Of a stretch of 64,000 nucleotides of DNA, positions 47,346-57,648 are shown one piece after another. The notes below the pieces were generated by a model. The model was not told the origin of the DNA. It did not search any database and saw only the letters and a program-made list of their open reading frames with translations. Both the position numbers and the translations under genes were made by a program. The stretch covers positions 1,761 to 65,760 of IMG/VR virus record IMGVR_UViG_3300042465_008100, one strand, 5' to 3'. How positions within the stretch are numbered: the first letter of the stretch is position 1; each line of letters begins with the position of its first letter. Source of the DNA: a virus (taxonomy: Duplodnaviria > Caudoviricetes).

Positions 47346-48481
47346 TAAACCCAGAACCCTAATGGTCTGTAAGTTAATTGTTTATTTAAATTTTCAGCCT
47401 CACTAGCACCTCTTTCAAGCTGTTTTGTACTAGATAAACGCTCTAATCTTGCGTCTAATCTTTCCAGAACAGCTTTTTTCTCTTCATTACCTTCAGAGAT
47501 AAGTGTTTCATAATCCATTGTTCTTTCAGCTTCAGGCGGTCCAACAATACCACCAAATTTACCTCTTGTTCTACCTAAAGCTCTTTTAGCTTCAGCGATA
47601 AACAATTGACGTATTAATGTTTTTGTTGGTTCGTTAAAATCAGCATAATCTAATTTAGATAGCGGTACTTGGTTTGGCATTTTAATGATGTCTGGATTAT
47701 CTGTTTTACAAGCATCTAGATTTTCTGGTGTTGTTTCATAATAATGGTACCATACTTGACAACCAGCAATGTTAATGCTACTACCAACACCGCCAATACC
47801 TTGTCCAAATGAAAGTTTAGAACCAGGTGTACTCAATAAATGTAACAATTTAGTACCGTTTGGCCCAGCAGTTACTTTATAAACCAATTCACTTCTAACA
47901 ATCCTGTTTTTAAGGTTCATATCAGCAGCTGTTAATAAGATATCAAATGCTGGTGCAATATAATAACCCATTCTTCCGTTAGGACCACCAGTACCAACAC
48001 CACCACCTACTTGTGAAAAACCACCACCAAAACCATAATCAATACCGCCATAGTTAGCTAATAATGCTTGGCTAGTTGCTGGGGGTGTTATCCATAAAAC
48101 TTCATTTATTTCTCTATTTGCTGGTATTTGATATACTTGTCTTCCAGCTTCTAATTCAACATAATCTTTTTTAAGTTCCCATGGTCCATTTATTTGTAGA
48201 CCAACTTGTTTTGAGTAAGCGTAAGTGTATTGTGTCATGAAGTCAAAGCTTCTAACACTTAGAGCAAAGGCCATATCAATCGTATCAATATTATGACCTA
48301 ATAGAGATTGCCATTGATGTTCAATAAGCCATTCTTGCACATATTGTGCGTAATCTTCTATTGAGATTTCTAACAAAGTACAAAGTTGTTCATCAGTTAA
48401 TTCAATCTGACGAATAGGTGCACCTACTGAATGTCTAAATTGTCTAAATAATTTATCACGAGATTCTGAATCCACTGCCAT
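47342..48481 (-). CDS. gp13: Neck/head-tail adaptor protein, gp13-like
   Basis: VGAPIRQIELTDEQL N-terminus and AKRALGRTRGKFGG C-terminal motif. Confidence 0.7.
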   Translation of the reverse strand: MAVDSESRDKLFRQFRHSVGAPIRQIELTDEQLCTLLEISIEDYAQYVQEWLIEHQWQSLLGHNIDTIDMAFALSVRSFDFMTQYTYAYSKQVGLQINGPWELKKDYVELEAGRQVYQIPANREINEVLWITPPATSQALLANYGGIDYGFGGGFSQVGGGVGTGGPNGRMGYYIAPAFDILLTAADMNLKNRIVRSELVYKVTAGPNGTKLLHLLSTPGSKLSFGQGIGGVGSSINIAGCQVWYHYYETTPENLDACKTDNPDIIKMPNQVPLSKLDYADFNEPTKTLIRQLFIAEAKRALGRTRGKFGGIVGPPEAERTMDYETLISEGNEEKKAVLERLDARLERLSSTKQLERGASEAENLNKQLTYRPLGFWVY

Positions 48482-48518
48482 AATAATCTTTTATATATAA
48501 ATATCAATAAAAAAAGAA

Positions 48519-48773
48519 TTATCCTAAAAATCTCTTTGTTATTTCTAAACACTCATTTATTGATTGAAAAGAAACATCGGGAACTAGTAACTGAGCGCCA
48601 ACTCTTACAATTGGAACTTGGTCAGCTTTTGATATTTCCATTACTTTATCTACTTCTTCTTTATAGTTTTCATCGTAGATATCTATTTCGTTAAATTCTA
48701 TTTCATTTTCTTTTAACAATCCTTTTAATTCACTGCAATAAGGACAATCTTTAATTGTGTATACTGTTACCAT
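48519..48773 (-). CDS. Glutaredoxin
   Basis: VYTIKDCPYC and QVPIV. Confidence 0.9.
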   Translation of the reverse strand: MVTVYTIKDCPYCSELKGLLKENEIEFNEIDIYDENYKEEVDKVMEISKADQVPIVRVGAQLLVPDVSFQSINECLEITKRFLG

Positions 48774-48775
48774 AA

Positions 48776-50614
48776 TTATTCTATTAAATTATTTATTAAT
48801 GCTGTTATAATTTCATCTTCAGTTTTTATTTCATCACCAACTATTGTGGAAATAACATCTTTTTTATATTTTAACGTTTCCCACATTCTTGTTGATATTG
48901 TATTTTCAAATAACTGATAATAAATATTCACATCATTTTTTTGTCCAATACGATATGCTCTATCTTCTGCCTGTTCGTTCATACCTGGAACCCAATCAAA
49001 GGAATTAAATATAACAACAGTTGCTTCAGTTAACGTAATACCCACACCAGCAGATTTTAAGTTACCCACAAAAACTTTAATTTTATCATTATTTTGAAAA
49101 TCATCAACAGATTCTTGTTTTCTTGTTGTTGACATCGGGCCATTGTGTTTAACAGCTATTTTATTAAAATGAGAATAAATCGCTTCCAACTCTTCAGTAA
49201 AAGATGTAAAGACAATAACTTTTTTACCAGTTTCAATAGCATTTTCAACCATTTCAATAGTGTGTGGTATTGCTTCCATTGCGATGAATTGTCTTAATAA
49301 AATAAGTTCAACCAAATCTTTTTGCAGATTACCATTTTTCTTACCTTCAATTTCCCTTTTTAATAAATAATCTTCCCACAAATCATAATATTTTACCCAA
49401 CCTTTTGTGTTTAATTTATGATAAGTTGGTGTGACAACTTTATCTGGCATATCCAAAACATCTGTTTTCAAACGTCTAAGTAATATGTTTCTGGTCTTAT
49501 TAGATAACTCATCTAAATTACTTGCACCATCTGTTAACCAAATTTGTCTTTTTTGTCCATTTTTAAGCGTTTTAAAGAACTTTTTACCTTCACAATATCT
49601 AACAGCAAAGTGTTTCCAATTATTTGCAATTGGGGACTTAATTAGCTTTAACAAATTGAAGAAGTCCATTGGTCTGTTAGCTACTGGTGTACCAGTTAAA
49701 AGCCAAACTTTTGGTATTTTATTTTTAACACATAACTCAACCATAATCTTACCTCTAATACTGTCGTTGTTTTTTAGGTTATGAGCTTCATCAACAATAC
49801 ACAAATCAAACTTTGCATTAACCATGTTTCTGATTAATTCTTTTTTAGGTTCGTTTGGTTTTGGTTTTTTTGTTGGCTCTAAAGAATGGAAGTTTTTAAG
49901 GATATCAAAATTAATTATAGTGAATTTAGATTCATCCCATTTCTTACCATCGATGATTGTTGTTTGGTCGCAAAAAACATTTATTTCCCGTTCCCAATTT
50001 ATTTTTGTTGATGACGGGCATACGATTAATATTTTTTCAGCACCACTTTCTAATGCCGCAATGATTGATTGGATACTTTTACCAAGCCCCATATCGTCAG
50101 ATAATATACAACCATTTCTTGACAATAAGAACTTAATACCTTCTTCTTGGTGTTTGTATAATTTCTTACCATATTTGGCCAACACATTATTATATTTATC
50201 AAAATCAACATCTACCTCAATTTCTTCAAAATATGGGTCATCATTAACTTGTGTTTTTGGTAACCAATACATTTTTGATTCTTTTTGTTTCGTTGTTAGT
50301 TTACCGTAAACGTGAAATGATTTATCAGTTTCAGCTAACATAAATTCTATTAACACTTTTTCTGGTGTGAATGATAATTCTTCATTTTTTTTTAATTCTT
50401 CACCCAAATAAGGTGTTATACTAACAATTTTATTTAAAAATTGTGGCTCAGTATTGTAATTATCAATAATATAACTTACTTGGTTTTCAGTTAAAACAAG
50501 TTTATTATTTTTATTGTATTGGTTTCTTAATCTTAGTAAATAAGGGTTAACACCTTCATATTTCTCCAATAATGAAATTGCTGACCTTCCTTTAATATCA
50601 TTTAAATTTATCAA
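48776..50614 (-). CDS. SNF2/SMARCAL1-like helicase
   Basis: DDMGLGKS, DEAH, LTGTPVANRP, GVGITLT, QAEDRAYRIGQ; TTG start. Confidence 0.92.
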   Translation of the reverse strand: MINLNDIKGRSAISLLEKYEGVNPYLLRLRNQYNKNNKLVLTENQVSYIIDNYNTEPQFLNKIVSITPYLGEELKKNEELSFTPEKVLIEFMLAETDKSFHVYGKLTTKQKESKMYWLPKTQVNDDPYFEEIEVDVDFDKYNNVLAKYGKKLYKHQEEGIKFLLSRNGCILSDDMGLGKSIQSIIAALESGAEKILIVCPSSTKINWEREINVFCDQTTIIDGKKWDESKFTIINFDILKNFHSLEPTKKPKPNEPKKELIRNMVNAKFDLCIVDEAHNLKNNDSIRGKIMVELCVKNKIPKVWLLTGTPVANRPMDFFNLLKLIKSPIANNWKHFAVRYCEGKKFFKTLKNGQKRQIWLTDGASNLDELSNKTRNILLRRLKTDVLDMPDKVVTPTYHKLNTKGWVKYYDLWEDYLLKREIEGKKNGNLQKDLVELILLRQFIAMEAIPHTIEMVENAIETGKKVIVFTSFTEELEAIYSHFNKIAVKHNGPMSTTRKQESVDDFQNNDKIKVFVGNLKSAGVGITLTEATVVIFNSFDWVPGMNEQAEDRAYRIGQKNDVNIYYQLFENTISTRMWETLKYKKDVISTIVGDEIKTEDEIITALINNLIE

Positions 50615-50723
50615 AACATACTCTATTTATATTTTGTTATGATTAAATATACTCATTTTTTTTATAAAAATCAAGACTATATGGCATATTAATGAATTTA
50701 CAAATATTTATAAAATAAAAAGA

Positions 50724-51248
50724 ATGGAAAACAAAAAAATAACACCAATTACACGCATAAATAAATTTTTTTCTGAAGATGATTTTCGTTTAGAAATTGA
50801 GATGGGTCGTGAAGCTATTGAGGGTGACGGTAATTTCACAATTATCCTTTATCGAGTAAATAGAGAGTTGAGTGAGTTTGACAATGTGTATGGTGAAGCT
50901 TCAAAAGATGGTATAAAATATTATCCACCTGTTGAGCTGAAAGTTATTCCAATAATGGCTGAACCAGAAAATAAAGCATATAACTCTGGTGTTGGTAGTT
51001 TGAGATACATTCAGGATGGTCAATTCACGTTTGGTATATATGATATGCAATTATCTGAATTAGATTCTGAAATAAGTTATGGTGATTATATTGGGTACCC
51101 AGTTACAGAAACTGAAATAAGATATTTTAGTGTTGTTAATGATGGTATCAAAAATTACGATAACAAACATACTATAATGGGATATAAAGGGGCGTTTAGA
51201 ACAATTGTTTGTGCTAGTGTAGATGCTTCTGAATTTAGAGGTTTATAA
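50724..51248 (+). CDS. Head closure/neck protein, gp14-like
   Basis: ILYRV...NVYGEA...YGDYI pattern; lies before the tail-completion gene and after an ATATTTAT motif. Confidence 0.55.
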   Translation: MENKKITPITRINKFFSEDDFRLEIEMGREAIEGDGNFTIILYRVNRELSEFDNVYGEASKDGIKYYPPVELKVIPIMAEPENKAYNSGVGSLRYIQDGQFTFGIYDMQLSELDSEISYGDYIGYPVTETEIRYFSVVNDGIKNYDNKHTIMGYKGAFRTIVCASVDASEFRGL

Positions 51249-51258
51249 ATTTTTAATT

Positions 51259-52320
51259 ATGGCAATGCCTAAGGGATATAGAACAAATATTGACATCGTA
51301 AACCATAAGATTGGTCCAGAGCGTAGACAAGAAATCCTTGACGATATCGCTGATAATGGGACATTCTTACCAAGAGGTGTTCTGGAAGAAGATATGGACC
51401 AAAGTTTTATTGACTTTGTTGGTTCTAAAGATGGTTTTTTATTAACAATTGACGGTGAAAAGGTTCCAGTAATATTTTTAACAATACAAAGATGGACAGA
51501 ATTTACCAAAACATGGCAATTTTCTGATAAATATAAAAACATTACTTTACCATTTATCACAGTAGTTAGAAAACCAGATATACAACAAGGTCAAAATCAA
51601 GCAGGTTTATGGAATATACCAGGTAATAGAACCTATACCTATATGAAAGTCCCAACATTTGATGGTGTTAGAAGGGGTGTTGATTTGTACAAGGTTCCAC
51701 AACCAACATCTGTGGATTTAATGTATGAGGTTAGATTATTTACAAATAAAATGAAAGATTTAAATAAGTTTAATAGAATTATTCAAAGAGCATTCCAATC
51801 AAGACAATGCTATTTAAATGTAAATGGTCACCCAATGCCTTTGCATTTGGAAACAATAGGTGATGAAAGTAATGTTGAGGACTTTGAAAACAGACGTTTT
51901 TATGTTCAACTTTTTGAAATGAAATTATTAGGTTATTTATTGGATGAGGAAGATTATGAAATTGTCCCAACAATAAATAGAAGTGTTATATCAACAGAAA
52001 TTGATGAGAGAAAACTTTATACTGATGTTATATTTGACCCTATTATAAGGGGTGCTGTGGTAACTTATAGTTTTGTTTTTAAACCAAGAGCTGAAGCTTC
52101 TTTTACATATACAGCACAATATGATGCTAATTTTACTCAATTAGTTGACGTAGAAAATTTAAATAGGATAGTTATATCTATAAATGGGGTTGTTGTGTTT
52201 GATGGTTTAATATTAACTTCTCCAATAATGATATACGCAAATGATATTATAAACATAAGAGTGTACAAAAGTTTTTATACTGAAGGTGCATTTAAATTAA
52301 TAGGTAGTACAACTTCATAA
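51259..52320 (+). CDS. Tail terminator/sheath stabiliser, gp15-like
   Basis: KVPVIF..RW, LPFITVVR, VPQPTSVDLMYEVRLFT; start reassigned to MAMPKG. Confidence 0.6.
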   Translation: MAMPKGYRTNIDIVNHKIGPERRQEILDDIADNGTFLPRGVLEEDMDQSFIDFVGSKDGFLLTIDGEKVPVIFLTIQRWTEFTKTWQFSDKYKNITLPFITVVRKPDIQQGQNQAGLWNIPGNRTYTYMKVPTFDGVRRGVDLYKVPQPTSVDLMYEVRLFTNKMKDLNKFNRIIQRAFQSRQCYLNVNGHPMPLHLETIGDESNVEDFENRRFYVQLFEMKLLGYLLDEEDYEIVPTINRSVISTEIDERKLYTDVIFDPIIRGAVVTYSFVFKPRAEASFTYTAQYDANFTQLVDVENLNRIVISINGVVVFDGLILTSPIMIYANDIINIRVYKSFYTEGAFKLIGSTTS

Positions 52321-55300
52321 TGGCATATTATTCTAATTCATCAGATATTAATCAAACGTTCATAATTGAACCGTTATCACTAACTGGTGGTGCACCAACC
52401 GTATCCGCATGTACTGCTGTTTTTACGAATAATGTTGTTTCTTGTGATTATAATACAACAATATTTTTAGGTGACGGTGTTATAAATTTTGATGGTAATT
52501 TATATACAAATGATAATTTAACCGCAAATACTATTAACGCTTCAACATATTATAGTGGTGGTACTAATTTATTTGACATTATTAGCCAAAAGACAATTAC
52601 TGGTGGTACTTTTAATAACAATACAGATGTATTAACTTTAACTAAAGTAGATAATACAAATATAGTAGTTACTGGTTTTACTGATTATTATACCACAGGT
52701 GCCACATTAATTGGTAACACAATATATTTTGATAGAAACGACACATTAAGTGCGTATACAGTAAATTTAAGCAAATATACAGCTGATACATATGTTACTG
52801 GTGTTTCATTCACAAACAATCAAATAATAATTACTAGAAACGATAATTTCAGTACTGGTGCATTTATTAACACAATGACTGGATTAACAATAAATGGTTT
52901 ATTGTCTTCTAGTAATATTTCTGCAACAACTATTTCCACAATAAGTTTAAATAGTGATTCGATTACCGCTTTAACACTAACATCTAATACGATAAACAGT
53001 AATAATATTAATGCACAAACAATTAGTGCGACAACATATTATGGTGATGGTAGTAATTTATCTGGTGTAAAATATACTGGTGGTACAGTAACTGGAAATA
53101 CTTTATTTCAAGGTGTTATAACAGCTAGTACATTAATTGTTACTGGAAGTACAATATTAAATACATTAACAGCTAATACAATATCAGCGACAACATATCA
53201 AAACTTACCAGTTAGCGGTTTAACTTCTGGGTCAAATATTGATATATCTGGTTTAAATGGTAATTATACAATATCATTTACAGGTGGTAATGTTAACCAT
53301 CCTACCATTTTTAATAATGGTTTAAGTGGTAATACGATAAGTGCGACAACAATAACAGCAACAAACTATAATAATCTACCTTTAGATGTAAAAGTAACTG
53401 GGTTTACATACTCATCAAACACTTTTATTGTTTATGATAATTCAGGACAAACATTCCCAGCAACATTTAACGTTGTTACTGGATTAACAGTTAATGGTGG
53501 GTTAACAGCTACAACTATATATGGTAATGGTTCTAATATATCTAATATACAAATTAGCAATGTAGACAACTTACAATCAGAATTAAACAATAAATTTGAT
53601 AAAAGTGGTGGTACAGTTAGTGGTAATGTATTAGTGACTGGTAATGTGACAATATTGGGTACTGCAACGACAATTAATACGGATACGTTAAATGTTAAAG
53701 ATAATATAATAACTTTAAATTCAAACGCTACTGGTAATACAGTTCCATACCCTATAAATAGTGGTATTGAAATTCTTAGAAATTCGGCAACAACAGCAAC
53801 TTTATTGTGGAATGAAACTAGTGGTTATTGGATGGCTGGTTTAAGTGGTTCATCTAAACAAATAATATTATCTGGTGATAGTTTATCATTGTTAAATAGT
53901 GGTCACACACATCCAATAAGTGAAATTGTAGATTTACAATTAAATTTAAACAACAAATTAGATACAAGTGGTGGTACAATAAATGGTGGTTTAAATGTTA
54001 CAAATGGTTTAACAGCTACAACTTATTATGGTAACGGAAGTAATTTAACTGGTATATCTAAAGGTGGTGGCGGTGGAGGTCAATTATATTATTTTAATAT
54101 TTCAAACACACAAGGCCCATATTATGAGTTTTCAACCAGTGCAACTTCAGTTGGTCAACAATCAATAACTGTTAGTACTGGCGCAAGTCAAACTGCGTAT
54201 ATAGGTGGTTTTATGACACCAAGTAATTTACCTAATGTTAGTGAATTACCAGCTGGGATAACATCTTTTTATGTTAATGCTTATACTAACAATAGTAGCG
54301 CAACATTTAATTTATATTGCGAATTCTATAAAAGAACAACAGGTGGTGCTGAAACATTGTTATTAACATCTGACCCAATAATAGTTGTTGGTACATCACC
54401 GACAATGTATGTTACTGATACTTTTTTTAGTGGTACTAGTTTAAACAATACAGATAGATTAGTCGTAAAAGTTTATGCAACAAATACTTCAGTTCTTACT
54501 AGAAGTATTACAATGTTAAGTGAAGGTAATGCTAGTTATAGTTTTTCTTATACGACAATACCAACTTCTAGTGATACATATGTAACTGGTTTTACGTATT
54601 CAAACAATACATTAACAATAAAACAAAATAATGACCAATCTGATTATAGTCAAACAATTAATCAATTTACTGGTTTAACAATAAATGGTGATTTTAATGT
54701 TATTGGAAATGCAACATTAAGTGCTTTAACATCAAACACAATATCCGCAACAACATACCAAAACTTACCTATAAGTGCTTTAACTGGTGGTTCAAATATC
54801 AGTATAACTGGTGCTAATGGTAGCTATGCTATTTCATTTACAGGGACCACAGGTTCTAATTTCACTGGTGGTACAGTTACTGGTGCTACTAACTTTACTA
54901 GTGGATTAACGGCAAATACAATATCTGCTACAACATATCAGAACTTACCTATAAGTGGGTTAACAGCTGGTTCAAATATCAGTATAACTGGTTCTAATGG
55001 TAATTATACTGTTTCATTTACAGGTACAACAGGTTCTAATTTCACTGGTGGTACAGTTACTGGTGCAACTATATATACTGGTGGTTTATCTGCTAACACA
55101 TTAAATGTTAGTGGTGTAACAATATTAGATGGTACAACAGCATCTACAATTTCAGCAACAACTATAAATGCGGTTAATTATTTAAATTTACCATATCCAA
55201 ATTATATAACAACAGGTTCTAGTGGTACATATTCATTAAAAACAGCAAATGGTAGTGCTAATAACGCAACAGCTGATTATGCAATATCTTTTGGTTATAA

Positions 55301-56780
55301 CACAATAGCTAGTGGTCAATATTCACATGCTGAAGGTAACACAACAATAGCTAGTGGGATTACATCACATGCTGAAGGTTATCAAACATACGCGTATGGG
55401 GATTATTCACATGTTGAGGGGTATCAAACTTATGCTTATGGGGCTTATTCACATGCTGAAGGGTTTAATTCTATTGCTATAGGGACAGGTTCAACAGCAA
55501 AAGGGTATTATTCTGTAGCTGGTTTTCAATATATATGGCCAGAATATACTGCTTTTACTTCTTCAAATAAATTAATAATAAGGGGGTATGATTACAGGAA
55601 TCAGTTTATTATTAATACTGACGGTTTAGTTGTTGATTTTAATAATGTAATATACAAATTAAAAATTACAGGAGCAACAACATACACTCAGTTATCAACG
55701 GGTGTTAGTGGTACGACAATTTCGTTTTCTGGCGGTAATTTAAGTGGTTTGGGGTCTTCAATAGTTAGAATAATTTCTACAACTAGTGGCGGTACTGGTT
55801 CGCATGCTGAAAGCAATGGTAATGCAGTTGGTGATTATTCACATGCTGAAGGTATTGGTGTTGCAATCGGGTCTTATTCACACGCTGAAGGTCTTGGTGT
55901 TGCAATCGGGTCTTATTCACACGCTGAAGGTAATGGTTCAACTGCTAGTAATGAATTTTCACATGCTGAAGGTGTTGGGGCTATAGCCAGTGGTGTTATT
56001 TCACATAGTGAGGGTCAAAATACAATAGCTAGTGGTGCTATATCACACGCTGAAGGTGATTCAACAACAGCTAGTGGTTTTGGTTCACATTCAGAAGGTG
56101 GGTATACAACAGCTGCTGGTGCTTATTCTTATGCTAGCGGTTATTATTCAGTTGCTAGTGGTAACACATCTTTTGTTCATGGTAGTGGGTCAACTGCTTT
56201 GGGTTTTGGTACTATGGTTTTTGGTAGTAATATAACTGGTACGCTAAGCAATACAGCTTATTTTGAAAGGGGTAGATTTATTGGTACTGGTACAACATCA
56301 CCTATTTTACAAGTTAGTGGTTCAGTTGGTAGTTTATTACAAGTTAATGATGAAATAACAGCAGATATATTTAATGTTGTTGATGTAAATAGCCATGCTA
56401 TATTTCAAGTATTTTCAGGTGATGTTGTTACAATGGGTAATTATGCTTATCCATCATATAATACAACATCTGGAATGACAATAACCGCTTCTAGTTTGAT
56501 GAATATTGTTTCAGTTCCAACATATTACAATAATAATGGTATTTCTTACGATTCAGTATTTGTTGATTATTCAGTTAAATATAGTGGTGGTGCTAGAGCT
56601 GGAAACATTATGATAATTCAAAGTGGTAGCACGGTTCAATTTAGTGAAACATCAACAAATGATATTGGTAACACTTCAGTATTTACTTTTTCTGCAAATA
56701 CTGCTAATAATTATATTAATTTATATTTGTCATCAACTACAAATACAGGAACCATAAAAACTATAGTAAGAGCAATATAA
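52320..56780 (+). CDS. Long tail fibre protein (T/S/G-rich, SHAEG repeats)
   Basis: 1486 aa; repeated TANTISATTY/FTGGTVTG modules, DTYVTG modules, two blocks of SHAEG repeats. Confidence 0.8.
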   Translation: MAYYSNSSDINQTFIIEPLSLTGGAPTVSACTAVFTNNVVSCDYNTTIFLGDGVINFDGNLYTNDNLTANTINASTYYSGGTNLFDIISQKTITGGTFNNNTDVLTLTKVDNTNIVVTGFTDYYTTGATLIGNTIYFDRNDTLSAYTVNLSKYTADTYVTGVSFTNNQIIITRNDNFSTGAFINTMTGLTINGLLSSSNISATTISTISLNSDSITALTLTSNTINSNNINAQTISATTYYGDGSNLSGVKYTGGTVTGNTLFQGVITASTLIVTGSTILNTLTANTISATTYQNLPVSGLTSGSNIDISGLNGNYTISFTGGNVNHPTIFNNGLSGNTISATTITATNYNNLPLDVKVTGFTYSSNTFIVYDNSGQTFPATFNVVTGLTVNGGLTATTIYGNGSNISNIQISNVDNLQSELNNKFDKSGGTVSGNVLVTGNVTILGTATTINTDTLNVKDNIITLNSNATGNTVPYPINSGIEILRNSATTATLLWNETSGYWMAGLSGSSKQIILSGDSLSLLNSGHTHPISEIVDLQLNLNNKLDTSGGTINGGLNVTNGLTATTYYGNGSNLTGISKGGGGGGQLYYFNISNTQGPYYEFSTSATSVGQQSITVSTGASQTAYIGGFMTPSNLPNVSELPAGITSFYVNAYTNNSSATFNLYCEFYKRTTGGAETLLLTSDPIIVVGTSPTMYVTDTFFSGTSLNNTDRLVVKVYATNTSVLTRSITMLSEGNASYSFSYTTIPTSSDTYVTGFTYSNNTLTIKQNNDQSDYSQTINQFTGLTINGDFNVIGNATLSALTSNTISATTYQNLPISALTGGSNISITGANGSYAISFTGTTGSNFTGGTVTGATNFTSGLTANTISATTYQNLPISGLTAGSNISITGSNGNYTVSFTGTTGSNFTGGTVTGATIYTGGLSANTLNVSGVTILDGTTASTISATTINAVNYLNLPYPNYITTGSSGTYSLKTANGSANNATADYAISFGYNTIASGQYSHAEGNTTIASGITSHAEGYQTYAYGDYSHVEGYQTYAYGAYSHAEGFNSIAIGTGSTAKGYYSVAGFQYIWPEYTAFTSSNKLIIRGYDYRNQFIINTDGLVVDFNNVIYKLKITGATTYTQLSTGVSGTTISFSGGNLSGLGSSIVRIISTTSGGTGSHAESNGNAVGDYSHAEGIGVAIGSYSHAEGLGVAIGSYSHAEGNGSTASNEFSHAEGVGAIASGVISHSEGQNTIASGAISHAEGDSTTASGFGSHSEGGYTTAAGAYSYASGYYSVASGNTSFVHGSGSTALGFGTMVFGSNITGTLSNTAYFERGRFIGTGTTSPILQVSGSVGSLLQVNDEITADIFNVVDVNSHAIFQVFSGDVVTMGNYAYPSYNTTSGMTITASSLMNIVSVPTYYNNNGISYDSVFVDYSVKYSGGARAGNIMIIQSGSTVQFSETSTNDIGNTSVFTFSANTANNYINLYLSSTTNTGTIKTIVRAI
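54721..55080 (+). repeat. 180-nt tandem duplication (2 copies, 60 aa)
   Basis: Lines 54721/54901, 54781/54961 and 54841/55021 align with high identity. Confidence 0.9.
55855..55931 (+). repeat. 39-nt-period exact tandem repeat
   Basis: TTGGTGTTGCAATCGGGTCTTATTCACACGCTGAAGGT occurs twice, separated by one C. Confidence 0.9.
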
Positions 56781-56781
56781 T

Positions 56782-57588
56782 ATGGGTATTACATTTTCAG
56801 CAAAAACAATTGTAAATAATTTAACAATAGGGCCAACACCTGCGTTTCTTTTACAAACTTTCCCGAACGCTTTAGTTGCTTTTTCTTTAAGAAGATTAAA
56901 CAATAATTATACTGGACCTTTAATAACTGTTAGGCGTTCTTCTGATAACACACAAAAAGATATTTACACATTAAATGATTATTCATTAGAAAATTTTGTT
57001 GGTTCTTCTAGTGGTTTTGTTAGTAAATGGTATGACCAAAGTGGTAATGATAATCATTTAATACAAACAACAACAGCTAATCAACCTAGAATAGTTAATT
57101 CTGGGATTATTGATAAATCAGGTAATAAACCTTCATTATTTTTTAGTACAGGCGCAACCGCAAATGTTTTAAATTTAACTACTAGAGTTAGTACTATTGG
57201 TAGTGTGTTTTCTGTTGTTAAACCTTTATTTACCGCTGGGCAATTTAATTGTTATATTTTAGGTGACACAATTAATTATGATTATCATGGTGATACAAAC
57301 CAATGGTTAGCTAATGCATACGCTGCAACGTATGTTAAGAATGGAAATAATTACATAAATAGTATATTAACAAATTTTACAATAACAAATAAAACAACTA
57401 ATTTGGCGCTATTAAGCATGATACATACAGCTTCAAGCGGTAGGTTTAATTCATTATCTACAGATAGGAATCTTAGTGGTAGGCAATGGAAGGGATATTA
57501 TACCGAATTAGTATTGTATTCAAGTAATCAAACAACAAATAGAGTAAATATAGAAAATAATATTAATAATTATTACAATATTTATTAA
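56782..57588 (+). CDS. ConA-like lectin protein (arabinofuranosidase B catalytic-domain-like N-terminus), probable receptor-binding protein
   Basis: AFSLRRL...YTGPLITVRRSSDN, VSKWYDQSGN, NQPRIV, YTELVLY. Confidence 0.7.
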   Translation: MGITFSAKTIVNNLTIGPTPAFLLQTFPNALVAFSLRRLNNNYTGPLITVRRSSDNTQKDIYTLNDYSLENFVGSSSGFVSKWYDQSGNDNHLIQTTTANQPRIVNSGIIDKSGNKPSLFFSTGATANVLNLTTRVSTIGSVFSVVKPLFTAGQFNCYILGDTINYDYHGDTNQWLANAYAATYVKNGNNYINSILTNFTITNKTTNLALLSMIHTASSGRFNSLSTDRNLSGRQWKGYYTELVLYSSNQTTNRVNIENNINNYYNIY

Positions 57589-57616
57589 TTTATGTTTTAA
57601 GTTATATTTATTATTA

Positions 57617-57648
57617 AATAACGTTACTGGATAGGGAAAGTAATTATT
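57617..57648 (+). promoter_or_regulatory. Hairpin with purine-rich loop abutting a start codon (candidate translational operator)
   Basis: AATAA-CG-TTACT-[GGATAGGGAA]-AGTAA-TTATT immediately followed by ATG. Confidence 0.45.

Noticed and set aside
43653-50614. Inteins or introns in PolB or the SNF2 helicase
   Set aside because: Catalytic motifs are contiguous; no splice-junction C...HN motifs or LAGLIDADG/HNH inserts were seen.
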